From a virus, in IMG/VR virus record IMGVR_UViG_3300009709_000005, positions 1 through 60,276 of that record: a stretch of DNA of 60,276 bases; one strand, written 5' to 3'. The position numbers were made by a program, and so were the translations under genes. The notes beneath the pieces are model-generated. The model saw only the letters and a list, made by a program, of their open reading frames with translations. It was not told where the DNA came from and ran no database searches. Position 1 is the stretch's first letter. Every line of letters begins with the position of its first letter. Shown in pieces: positions 16,411 to 24,050 of this stretch.

Positions 16411-17066
16411 GAGTGGTAATCCACCGTCACCACCAGCCAGTCGGGCTTGGGAGTGTTCGCTTCGCGATAATCTTCGCGCCAGTGCTTGGTGCGCTTTATG
16501 TGTTCATCGAGCGCGCTTTGCACGGTACCGTCCCACTTCGTGTCCTCGAAGTTCACCCCGTTCCAGATCATCTCGCTGGTCATGTATTTCGCATCGAGCT
16601 TTTCGCCCTTGTAATCTAGGCCGGCGACGATCACGCGCGCCGCCGTCAGGCCAGCCGGCAGCTTGCTCAACTCGCACACATCCATCGACAGTTGCTCGCC
16701 CGAGTGAGCAAATAGCGGACAGACCGACAGACCCGATTCAGGAAACCATTCGCGCCACAGCGCGTCGACCACCGGAATCTGTGACGCCGGAGCCAGCTCG
16801 GGCTTACCCATCTGAAGGCCCGACACCGTGATGTTCTTTTCCTGCAGCATAGCCGAAAAAGCCTTGCGGCGGTCGCGGTCGATCAGGGCTTCGGCCTTGC
16901 TGCCTGACCACCGACCACCAAGAACAAAGTAATCGTAAAACGTGTTATGGTTCGGGGTGCCGTCTTCATCCTGCCCCTGCTCGTCGAACGGCTTGAGGAT
17001 TTGTTCCAGCGCGGCCCCGACGTCGTCGGTGGGCGGCATGATGACTTCGAGATGGTAATGGGACAC
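16407..17066 (-). CDS. hypothetical protein
   Basis: 219-aa ORF; GTG start with GGAGA RBS. Confidence 0.55.
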   Translation of the reverse strand: MSHYHLEVIMPPTDDVGAALEQILKPFDEQGQDEDGTPNHNTFYDYFVLGGRWSGSKAEALIDRDRRKAFSAMLQEKNITVSGLQMGKPELAPASQIPVVDALWREWFPESGLSVCPLFAHSGEQLSMDVCELSKLPAGLTAARVIVAGLDYKGEKLDAKYMTSEMIWNGVNFEDTKWDGTVQSALDEHIKRTKHWREDYREANTPKPDWLVVTVDYHS

Positions 17067-17081
17067 GGTGTTCTCCGGTTG

Positions 17082-17106
17082 AATAAGAAAGCCGCTTACG
17101 CCGGCT
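17082..17106 (-). terminator. weak intrinsic-terminator-like hairpin
   Basis: Minus strand reads AGCCG-GCGTAAG-CGGCT followed by TTTCTTATT, immediately 5' of the next RBS. Confidence 0.3.
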
Positions 17107-17195
17107 AGTCGAGCTAATAAGGGTTAGCCACGCCATTCCGCCTCCTGCTTGTGCCTGCTGTACCGTCACCGGGCAGGCGCCGGGGGTCTGCCGCG

Positions 17196-18173
17196 TTAGG
17201 CGACGAGGGCCAGTGCCTTGGCCAGTGCCTTGTTCTTCAGCGCCTCACCGGCGCCCATCCACGCCGACGCAAGGCGGTTGTCGTTGCTGCGTGCGCGCTG
17301 GCTGTGGTCCACATCGTACGTAATCGCCTGCAGCAGGCCGTACGCGGTGCCCTTGGCCGTGCTCAGGTTGGCGCCCGGCGCGGCGTTGAGAATATACGCC
17401 AGCCGGTGCATCGTGGTCTCCACGTTCTTCTTGGCCGCGTCGGGGTGCTGCGCCGTCAGGCCGTGGTAGATGTCGAGCAGGAAATTGACCTGTTCTTCCG
17501 GGCTAACCTTGAACTCAGCCAGCGCTTCGAGCTGCCGGGTGTGCTCGACCCACACATCGCCGACCTGCAGATCCACCTTAACCCGGGACGCGTTAAAGTC
17601 GCTGTCGTGCCGGATCGACACCGCCGCCTTGCTGCCGTCCGCCTGCGCCACGGTCAGCGTGTTGTTGCACACGACCCGCACGCTGGTGAACTTGGCCACG
17701 GTAGCCGACGACTGGTCGAAGCTCGTGTACAGCAGCAGGTAAGCGTTGACCTCGTCGATGCCACGGAACTTCTCGCCCACGCCGGTCTTGGCCAGCGCCC
17801 AGATCACCTTGCCGTCCTTGAGCCCGCCCATGGTCTCCATGGCGTAGCCGTGGCGATCGCACAGGTCTTCGTAGAAATGCACCACCTGCGCCGGCTGGAC
17901 CGGCTTGTAGCCCGCCCCCACCACGCTCAGCGGCGCGCCGGTGTCGCTGCGGTAAAGCACTTTGCGCTCGGGGAACGCGTGGGCCTGCGTCGACTCGCTG
18001 TCGGTCTGGAAAAGCACCGGCGCTTCGTTGGCGTTCCAGTTCAGGCCAGCGGCTTCGCGCCACTGGTCGAGGGTGGCGCCGACGGCCGGCATCACGGTAC
18101 CGAGGCCATGCCACGGGGTTTCGCCGGTGTAGGCCATGGCGGGGCGGGACTTGCTCATGTCGAGAAGGTGCAT
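17196..18173 (-). CDS. DUF932-like phage/plasmid protein
   Basis: N-terminus AYTGETPWHGLG and overall size resemble the DUF932 family. First gene after palindrome copy 1. Confidence 0.45.
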   Translation of the reverse strand: MHLLDMSKSRPAMAYTGETPWHGLGTVMPAVGATLDQWREAAGLNWNANEAPVLFQTDSESTQAHAFPERKVLYRSDTGAPLSVVGAGYKPVQPAQVVHFYEDLCDRHGYAMETMGGLKDGKVIWALAKTGVGEKFRGIDEVNAYLLLYTSFDQSSATVAKFTSVRVVCNNTLTVAQADGSKAAVSIRHDSDFNASRVKVDLQVGDVWVEHTRQLEALAEFKVSPEEQVNFLLDIYHGLTAQHPDAAKKNVETTMHRLAYILNAAPGANLSTAKGTAYGLLQAITYDVDHSQRARSNDNRLASAWMGAGEALKNKALAKALALVA

Positions 18174-18204
18174 GGTGTGTATCCTTGGTTGAGGTAGTGT
18201 GGTT

Positions 18205-18220
18205 TATCTGGATTCAGATA
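18205..18220. promoter_or_regulatory. palindrome copy 1 (TATCTGGATTCAGATA, 1 mismatch)
   Basis: 31 nt 5' of the ATG at 18173. Confidence 0.7.
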
Positions 18221-18256
18221 AAGCGTTTGTTACTTGGTGCTGTTGGAACAGTTACT

Positions 18257-18285
18257 ATGATCCTCTTTTAGTCAGTCTTTGTCAA
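18257..18285 (-). promoter_or_regulatory. sigma70-like promoter TTGACA-17-GATCAT
   Basis: The -35 element overlaps the stop of gene 18282..18545 and shares TTGACAAAGAC with the 24.0-kb promoter. Confidence 0.4.
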
Positions 18286-18545
18286 GTCAATTTACCTAGC
18301 CCGTTGCACTGTGCACAGGTCTCGATGCGGTCGCCGTCATCGCTGGCATATTCACCTTGGCCGCCGCAGTCGGGGCATGCTTTGAACAGCTTTTTGGCTT
18401 TGGCCCGCCGCGCCTTGGCGCTGTTGGCTTTCACCAGCGCGTGGAGCTTGTCGAAGTCTCCATCAGCTATGATGTACATACCTTCGTGCAGCGGGAACCG
18501 TTTCATGTCCTTGATCAACGCATCAAGATCGGTTTTCAGGCTCAT
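18282..18545 (-). CDS. DnaJ-type zinc-finger (CxxCxGxG x2) protein
   Basis: CPDCGGQG..CAQCNGLG; ATGA coupling at 18542-18545. Confidence 0.5.
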   Translation of the reverse strand: MSLKTDLDALIKDMKRFPLHEGMYIIADGDFDKLHALVKANSAKARRAKAKKLFKACPDCGGQGEYASDDGDRIETCAQCNGLGKLT

Positions 18546-18733
18546 TCCTCTTCTCCGCCGTTGTCGCCGATCGATTCGATCCAATCTTGTAAGTATTCTT
18601 TCTCTGCGGTGTATCGGGCTACGATGTCTTTGCACTGCCGCTTGGTAAACTCTTCTGGGTTGGATTCCATCCGGGTTTGGGCACGCACGGCTGCCTCGAA
18701 TGACTCGATAGCCGGAAAATATTCACTCTTCAT
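18542..18733 (-). CDS. hypothetical acidic protein
   Basis: 63 aa; ATGA coupling. Confidence 0.4.
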   Translation of the reverse strand: MKSEYFPAIESFEAAVRAQTRMESNPEEFTKRQCKDIVARYTAEKEYLQDWIESIGDNGGEEE

Positions 18734-18948
18734 ACCGCCTCCAGTTGTTCGATGGTGCACCACCAGTGCCGACCCTTGGGGCCGTGACCTTGGCGGAACG
18801 TGGAGAACTGCACGTACGCCGCCCCGCTTTTCAGATCCACCAATCGCACCGTGCCCTCGCTCCCTTTGCTTGGACCGGTCTGCGTTTCCCACGGCGTTCG
18901 GACGGCCAAACGCACGCGCTGCCCTTCGGTGATCTCGGACTCTTTCAT
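18730..18948 (-). CDS. hypothetical protein
   Basis: 72 aa; ATGA coupling. Confidence 0.4.
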   Translation of the reverse strand: MKESEITEGQRVRLAVRTPWETQTGPSKGSEGTVRLVDLKSGAAYVQFSTFRQGHGPKGRHWWCTIEQLEAV

Positions 18949-19190
18949 TTGTCGACCCACCCGATCAGCACCAGCATGCCGATACGCTGCTTGAACACAT
19001 GCTCTGCTTTCAGCTCGCGAGCGATGAGCTGGTAGAGCTGCTGCCGCGTCAGCACCACGTCGTACGCCTGATCTATGGCGATCAGAATCTGATCGTAGCT
19101 CAGTGGTTTTTTAGACGCCTGCAGCACCGCGCGCAGCATGTTCGTCGGCGTGGGCTTCACGTGCCTGAGCTGGTCCTTGAGTCTGGTCAT
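18945..19190 (-). CDS. hypothetical protein
   Basis: 81 aa; ATGA coupling. Confidence 0.4.
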   Translation of the reverse strand: MTRLKDQLRHVKPTPTNMLRAVLQASKKPLSYDQILIAIDQAYDVVLTRQQLYQLIARELKAEHVFKQRIGMLVLIGWVDK

Positions 19191-19432
19191 CGCAACACGC
19201 TCCAACCAACGATACCGTTTGCGTCGACGTCGTTTTTATCCGTCGGCATAACGACGCGTACGCCCATCACCTCGACCCAGGTTGTCCACTCGCCGTAGCT
19301 TTCGTACGCGACAATCCTTGTGCTCGGCGCGGCCCCATCAATACGCATCGATTCAATCTCCCGCATGACCGCCACCGTTTCGTTGCGGTCGGCGAGCACC
19401 AGCAGCTTGAGTGCCTGTTCTGCTTTGTTCAT
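19187..19432 (-). CDS. hypothetical protein
   Basis: 81 aa; TGATG junction with the upstream gene. Confidence 0.4.
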   Translation of the reverse strand: MNKAEQALKLLVLADRNETVAVMREIESMRIDGAAPSTRIVAYESYGEWTTWVEVMGVRVVMPTDKNDVDANGIVGWSVLR

Positions 19433-20319
19433 CACTCGAATCCTTCTGCGGCTTTGCGTATGCGGGTTTGGATGTCGTCGATTTCATCGCGCTTGGTTGC
19501 CCACGCGTCGTCGTCGATTACACTATTGACTTCGTCCTCGACCAGCCGCTCCAAATACGATGGCGGCAAGGCGTCCAGCTCCCACGACGAGCTGCCGTAG
19601 ATGCGCTGGTAAGAATCGAACCGCGAGTCTGTCACCTTGGCTGGGTTCTCAGGCGGTCGCAGCTCGTCGATCTGCTCCATGTTCAACGCCATGCGCTTGA
19701 AGTCAAAGTTACCCATCTCGCCTTCGAGGAACAGGTTGAATCGATCTTTCAGATCGCGCGACATGTCGATACCGCTGGGGTCGTGATCGCCGAAGTGCAG
19801 CACCAAAATGTTCTGTCCTCGATAGAGCGTGTCGAGCATGTCGTTTACTACAAACTCGCGCACCACCGACACGGAAGGGTAGCCGCGCGCGGCCAGCACC
19901 GGCACATCGTAACGACGGCACACACGCTCGAACACCGACACCAGCGCTTCCTTTTCGACGATGACAAACGGCCTTGTGCTTTGGTTATCCCAAAGGTCCA
20001 TATGGAACTGCGAAGCGATGCTTTCCAACGCATGTGCACCGCCACGCCAGCGCGAACGGCGTAAAAACTCTCGCGTACGATCTTCGATCGCGTCCCAGTC
20101 CATCAGGCCGGCGAGCCGCGCATCGTTGAATACGCCAGCCACGCGCTTGTACTCCTGCAACGTGTTGGCGATGACGTCGCGCGCGACCAGCTGATAATAA
20201 AGCTGGCGAACAGTGAGCACATAGCCTTCGTTCTGATACTCCTCGATAATGTCGTTGGCTGTCTCGATCAGCGCCAGCGCCGCCGGTTTGAAATTACGAT
20301 CGACGTAGGTCTGTTTCAT
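19432..20319 (-). CDS. Topo VI subunit A / Spo11-like protein (5Y-CAP + Toprim)
   Basis: LTVRQLYYQL (Tyr motif), FVIVEKEAL (Toprim Glu), LAARGYPS, LHFGDHDPSGIDM (DxD). ATG at 20319 overlaps the upstream stop. Confidence 0.55.
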   Translation of the reverse strand: MKQTYVDRNFKPAALALIETANDIIEEYQNEGYVLTVRQLYYQLVARDVIANTLQEYKRVAGVFNDARLAGLMDWDAIEDRTREFLRRSRWRGGAHALESIASQFHMDLWDNQSTRPFVIVEKEALVSVFERVCRRYDVPVLAARGYPSVSVVREFVVNDMLDTLYRGQNILVLHFGDHDPSGIDMSRDLKDRFNLFLEGEMGNFDFKRMALNMEQIDELRPPENPAKVTDSRFDSYQRIYGSSSWELDALPPSYLERLVEDEVNSVIDDDAWATKRDEIDDIQTRIRKAAEGFE

Positions 20320-20627
20320 TCGCCCAGCTCCCCTTGCTCCCACGCATCGCGCAGCGCATCGACTCGCGTGGCAAAGGCTTTGCCGACGGCGTCCTTGTTG
20401 GCCCACATCCAGCCGCCGTTCGCGCGGCCGATGATAAGCGACCGCTCCTTGGCGCGGCGCTCCAGCTGATTGACCGACGGCCGGTCGTCCTGCCATGCCG
20501 CGGCGCCGATGCGCAGGTTCACGCCGTTGCGTTTGTTGTGTGCGTTGAAGGACTGCAGCGCGCCGGTGTTGGCGAACTGCTGAGTGGTGCGACGGCCGCG
20601 GCCGTCCAGTACGATGGCGTGGATCAT
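20316..20627 (-). CDS. hypothetical protein
   Basis: GGAGAG RBS; first gene after palindrome copy 2. Confidence 0.5.
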   Translation of the reverse strand: MIHAIVLDGRGRRTTQQFANTGALQSFNAHNKRNGVNLRIGAAAWQDDRPSVNQLERRAKERSLIIGRANGGWMWANKDAVGKAFATRVDALRDAWEQGELGE

Positions 20628-20640
20628 GATGCTCTCCGGT

Positions 20641-20656
20641 TATCTGAATTCAGATA
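20641..20656. promoter_or_regulatory. palindrome copy 2 (TATCTGAATTCAGATA)
   Basis: Perfect 16-mer, 13 nt 5' of the ATG at 20627. It contains the stop codon of gene 20650..20964. Confidence 0.75.
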
Positions 20657-20964
20657 TTGTTGGGTTCGATGAAAATGGCGCGTACCGTTGTCCAACCGTT
20701 GCGATGCACAGGCCCGCTGCACACAGACGCGGTAGTGACATCGCGCTGCTCGCCGTTGACTAATGCTTCCAGTACGTCGGGCGGAATGGCGATGAACAGC
20801 TCGACCTTGCGCGGCTCGATCTTGTAATCGAGATACTGAAAATCGAAGCGGTATTCCGTGTTGTGCACAAGTGGTGTCCAGTCCGTGTGGTTGGGGTGTC
20901 GCACCATGATCTGCTTTCCCGCCATGTGCGCGGTGATAATGTCGATCTGCTGCTGTCGGTTCAT
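20650..20964 (-). CDS. hypothetical protein
   Basis: 104-aa ORF; ATGA coupling at 20961-20964. Confidence 0.5.
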   Translation of the reverse strand: MNRQQQIDIITAHMAGKQIMVRHPNHTDWTPLVHNTEYRFDFQYLDYKIEPRKVELFIAIPPDVLEALVNGEQRDVTTASVCSGPVHRNGWTTVRAIFIEPNNI

Positions 20965-21143
20965 GGCGTCGTCCTTTCGATCAGCACGTAATCCGGGCCG
21001 CTGAACACGTCACGCTGCACACTGGCCCCGCACGCTTTGCCGATGCAATCGCACCCTTCAGCCTGCACGATCATGTGCTGCGGCAACTGGCGAAGCTGTT
21101 CGATCAGCTCAGCAACCGTGATGGTTTTCTTTGGGTCAATCAT
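20961..21143 (-). CDS. hypothetical protein
   Basis: 60 aa; ATGA coupling. Confidence 0.4.
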   Translation of the reverse strand: MIDPKKTITVAELIEQLRQLPQHMIVQAEGCDCIGKACGASVQRDVFSGPDYVLIERTTP

Positions 21144-21448
21144 GCGTCGTCCTCAAGGTCAGTGATGATGGTTTCGATGCGCTCGACCAGCGTCTTGAAC
21201 AGGTCGTCGCTCAGCTCCTCCTGCAGCTCGCGCAGTGCCGTGCACGCCTGCTCGATCTTTTGCTCCAACGGCGCGGCAATCTCTTCGATCTGCTCCTCGC
21301 ATTCCTCCTCGGTGTACATTTCACCGATCAGGCCGTCACGCTTGGCCAGCACAGCGGCGAGTGGGTGGTTGTGCAGGCCGTTGGTACCGAGTAGCAGCGC
21401 ACGCTCGGCTCGGGCGATCTCGAAATGGGTGGGGATGGGGCGGCTCAT
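21140..21448 (-). CDS. hypothetical strongly acidic protein
   Basis: The C-terminal 60 aa are about one third Asp/Glu (EEECEEQIEEI..EDDA). Confidence 0.45.
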   Translation of the reverse strand: MSRPIPTHFEIARAERALLLGTNGLHNHPLAAVLAKRDGLIGEMYTEEECEEQIEEIAAPLEQKIEQACTALRELQEELSDDLFKTLVERIETIITDLEDDA

Positions 21449-21699
21449 GGTTGCACCGCCACGTAGGTTTCGCCGCCCCAGCGCTGAAGCTTGGCCATCT
21501 CCACAGTCTCGGTCGCGCTGCTGTTCCTGTAGCGCGTCTGCACGCTGAGTGCGTTGGCGTTGGCCAGCAGCTCACCCATCGCTTGGGCCTCGAGCTGAAT
21601 CTGCTCGCCGCCTGCTTCCCACCAGCAGTGGAAATCGCGCTGCGTGGCTACGTTGACCAACACGTTGATGTGTTTGTTGCTGCACTGAAAGGCGCTCAT
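21445..21699 (-). CDS. hypothetical protein
   Basis: 84 aa; first gene after palindrome copy 3. Confidence 0.5.
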   Translation of the reverse strand: MSAFQCSNKHINVLVNVATQRDFHCWWEAGGEQIQLEAQAMGELLANANALSVQTRYRNSSATETVEMAKLQRWGGETYVAVQP

Positions 21700-21714
21700 G
21701 GTTCTTTCCGGTGT

Positions 21715-21730
21715 TATCTGAATTCAGATA
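21715..21730. promoter_or_regulatory. palindrome copy 3 (TATCTGAATTCAGATA)
   Basis: Perfect 16-mer, 15 nt 5' of the ATG at 21699 and about 45-55 nt downstream of the 21.8-kb promoter. Confidence 0.75.
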
Positions 21731-21781
21731 AAGTGTTTAGACGTCTGGATGGCTACGTGGTGATCCCCTCACCACGACACT

Positions 21782-21810
21782 ACTATACCAATGTTATACG
21801 TGTTCGTCAA
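21782..21810 (-). promoter_or_regulatory. sigma70-like early promoter TTGACG-17-TATAGT
   Basis: Minus strand reads TTGACGAACACGTATAACATTGGTATAGT, near-identical to the block at 24022..24050. Confidence 0.65.
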
Positions 21811-22114
21811 TGACTGTGCCCGGTTCGTAGGCGGCTGGTTCGGCGCTGCGGTTCGGCTCCGCGTCAGGGCGAATGTGGATGCCCTTGTTCTCCAGCAGCG
21901 TGACTACGCGAGTGCGCCGACGCTCCACCACACCTTTCACTTCAGCCCCATCAAGCTTTATGCCGCCGATGTCAGCTATGTATTTGTTATCAACGTTGAT
22001 GTGGCTCAGCGCTGCCAAGTCATCGTCATTTTTGCGCAGCTCCACCAGCAGCTCCGCTACCTCCTTCACTGCTGCCGATCCCCGCAGCGTAGCCCCACCG
22101 CCGACGGCGCTCAC
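21794..22114 (-). CDS. hypothetical protein
   Basis: GTG at 22114 overlaps the upstream stop (GTGA). The last codons are embedded in the promoter block. Confidence 0.4.
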   Translation of the reverse strand: MSAVGGGATLRGSAAVKEVAELLVELRKNDDDLAALSHINVDNKYIADIGGIKLDGAEVKGVVERRRTRVVTLLENKGIHIRPDAEPNRSAEPAAYEPGTVIDEHV

Positions 22115-22299
22115 TGGATCACCTCTTCGTTGAACGTGTGGCTTTCGTAGCCACATTCTTGGCACATTTTGTTGTCGAAGATGCCGTAGATTTGCCAGCT
22201 CTGCGTCTCCACATCCCAGCGCGCCGATGCGTCGGCGGCCACGTCATCGCTGCCACAGCTCGGGCAGACAACCCGCACCAGTTTTGTTTCGTTGCTCAT
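22111..22299 (-). CDS. small zinc-ribbon protein
   Basis: CPSCGS..CQECG; ATGA coupling. Confidence 0.45.
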   Translation of the reverse strand: MSNETKLVRVVCPSCGSDDVAADASARWDVETQSWQIYGIFDNKMCQECGYESHTFNEEVIQ

Positions 22300-22550
22300 G
22301 GCAAAGCCCTCAGCCAGTGAATGATGGTCGGCGCGACGTTCCACACCAACAGCGTAGCCGCCAGCGCCGCCGCGATTTTGATGATAAGCCAGCCTGCCCC
22401 TTCAAACGGCTCCGACGTTTCCTCCTCGCGGTCCTCGGCCGCGTAGTCCAGCTGAATCACCGGCACGCGCCGAAGCCGCTCTGCTTCCGCGGCAGCATGC
22501 TCCAGCTCGTAGGCCGGCGCCTCGGTGTCGCTTAGATAGATGTGCTGCAT
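22296..22550 (-). CDS. small protein with C-terminal transmembrane helix
   Basis: WLIIKIAAALAATLLVW; AGGAA RBS. Confidence 0.5.
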   Translation of the reverse strand: MQHIYLSDTEAPAYELEHAAAEAERLRRVPVIQLDYAAEDREEETSEPFEGAGWLIIKIAAALAATLLVWNVAPTIIHWLRALP

Positions 22551-22552
22551 GG

Positions 22553-22741
22553 TTAGTTCCTCAGTCGTTTGCGGGCGGCGCGGCGCGCCAGTTCTTTCTC
22601 GTGGTCAGCCTCGGCCACTTCCACACAGCACGGCAAGCCGGTCGTGCCGTCGCTTTCGTAGTCCCAGTGCGGACAGTTGTTCAGCGCCTGCCGGTACCGA
22701 CGTTGTGCATGCTCCAGCCGCAGCGGTGCCAGATGATCCAT
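22553..22741 (-). CDS. small arginine-rich protein
   Basis: LEHAQRRYRQALNN and ARRAARKRLRN segments; GGAGA RBS. Confidence 0.45.
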   Translation of the reverse strand: MDHLAPLRLEHAQRRYRQALNNCPHWDYESDGTTGLPCCVEVAEADHEKELARRAARKRLRN

Positions 22742-22742
22742 G

Positions 22743-23000
22743 TCACTCTCCGTTGCCGTTCAAGGCGTCCCAGTGGTGGTTGATGATGTCGATCACATTG
22801 CCGTCGTCGATCGGTTCGTCGCTGATCAAAACACCTGCGGCGCACATAGCGCCGTCGCGGCCTCGGTAAACGCAGGCTTTCGGATTGCCTTGGGCATCTT
22901 CACCCATCGACATGAAGCCCTGCGTCAGCAGATGCACGGCCACGGTATCGAACACGTCCTGCGCGGTGGCTTCGTGCAGGTTGTCAGTGGCCACTTTCAT
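22743..23000 (-). CDS. hypothetical protein
   Basis: 85 aa; ATGA coupling at 22997-23000. Confidence 0.45.
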   Translation of the reverse strand: MKVATDNLHEATAQDVFDTVAVHLLTQGFMSMGEDAQGNPKACVYRGRDGAMCAAGVLISDEPIDDGNVIDIINHHWDALNGNGE

Positions 23001-23422
23001 ACGCGCTCCAGATGCTGCTCGATCAGGTCCGCGATCTCAACGAAAGATTTCCTACTGTTGTCGTTGATGTAGGCCAAGCTGTGGTCGTCGCTGGGTATGT
23101 GTGGTATGTGGCAGTCGAGCGTGAGATTGCGGTCGCCGTTTTCGTCGTGGCGATAGCCAAGGAAACAAACGTTGTGCGCTCTGAGCCATTCTTTTGTAGG
23201 CACATACAGCGCCCTACTCGCATAAGTGAACTCCAGATCGAGCTCCACCGCGCCGTCAGCCACCATCTGCAGCACGCCTAGACAGCAGTAGCGTTTGTCG
23301 CCGTTGAGCTCCTCGGTCATGAGCCGGCATCGGCCCTGCTTGTATCCACCGCTGCGCAAGGCAGCGAGCCAGTTGTCGGCCAGATCGGCTGGCATGGTGA
23401 TGGTTTTGGTGTCGTTGGTCAT
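22997..23422 (-). CDS. hypothetical protein
   Basis: 141 aa; ATGA coupling. Confidence 0.5.
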   Translation of the reverse strand: MTNDTKTITMPADLADNWLAALRSGGYKQGRCRLMTEELNGDKRYCCLGVLQMVADGAVELDLEFTYASRALYVPTKEWLRAHNVCFLGYRHDENGDRNLTLDCHIPHIPSDDHSLAYINDNSRKSFVEIADLIEQHLERV

Positions 23423-23580
23423 GCGCCTTCTCCCGCCATGGCGGCGTTGTAGTACCCGATTTGGTAAGCGCGCTGCGCCCAGTATGGCCAGCGTCCGCCG
23501 TAGCGCGCTTGCCGATCATAAGGCCGGTAGTTGGCGCGGTCCGCATAGCCCCATGCCTCGAAGCGGATGCGTGCTTTCAT
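23419..23580 (-). CDS. hypothetical small protein
   Basis: 53 aa; ATGA coupling at both ends. Confidence 0.35.
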   Translation of the reverse strand: MKARIRFEAWGYADRANYRPYDRQARYGGRWPYWAQRAYQIGYYNAAMAGEGA

Positions 23581-23783
23581 GCTGCTACTCCCGTCAGGTC
23601 GTGCAGCGCCTCGGCGATCGCCTGCACTTCGCAGGTCCAGAACGCTGTGTCGATTTTCTGGATGCACACGAACGCGTTGGCCATCTCGATCGTGTCGTCG
23701 TACCCCTCGCGCTCCAGCCACGCCTCGTAGTCGTCGACCATGTCGGCGGCGATGCTGCGGTAGCTGCGCAGGTCGTGTTTCAT
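23577..23783 (-). CDS. hypothetical protein
   Basis: 68 aa; GGAGAG RBS; first gene after palindrome copy 4. Confidence 0.5.
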   Translation of the reverse strand: MKHDLRSYRSIAADMVDDYEAWLEREGYDDTIEMANAFVCIQKIDTAFWTCEVQAIAEALHDLTGVAA

Positions 23784-23802
23784 CTCGTTCTCTCCGGTGG
23801 TT

Positions 23803-23818
23803 TATCTGAATTCAGATA
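23803..23818. promoter_or_regulatory. palindrome copy 4 (TATCTGAATTCAGATA)
   Basis: Perfect 16-mer, 19 nt 5' of the ATG at 23783. Confidence 0.75.
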
Positions 23819-24021
23819 TTGGTTTGTTGGTCGCCCTGCCGTCCACAGGGTGCGTTGTGTGGCCGGGGCAATCTCGTCCGGCCTGCCGTCTGAATTGTCA
23901 TCTCATTCGGTGTTGCAGCGTCTATCTATATCCTCATGGTTGAAGCGGTTACGTTAGTTCATGGTGCGTCACCTCGCTGGTGTTGGTGGGTGGCGAAGTC
24001 AGTGCCTGCCCCACACTTCAT

Positions 24022-24050
24022 ACTATACGGATGTTATACGTCTTTGTCAA
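24022..24050 (-). promoter_or_regulatory. sigma70 consensus-like early promoter TTGACA-17-TATAGT
   Basis: Minus strand reads TTGACAAAGACGTATAACATCCGTATAGT. Confidence 0.7.
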
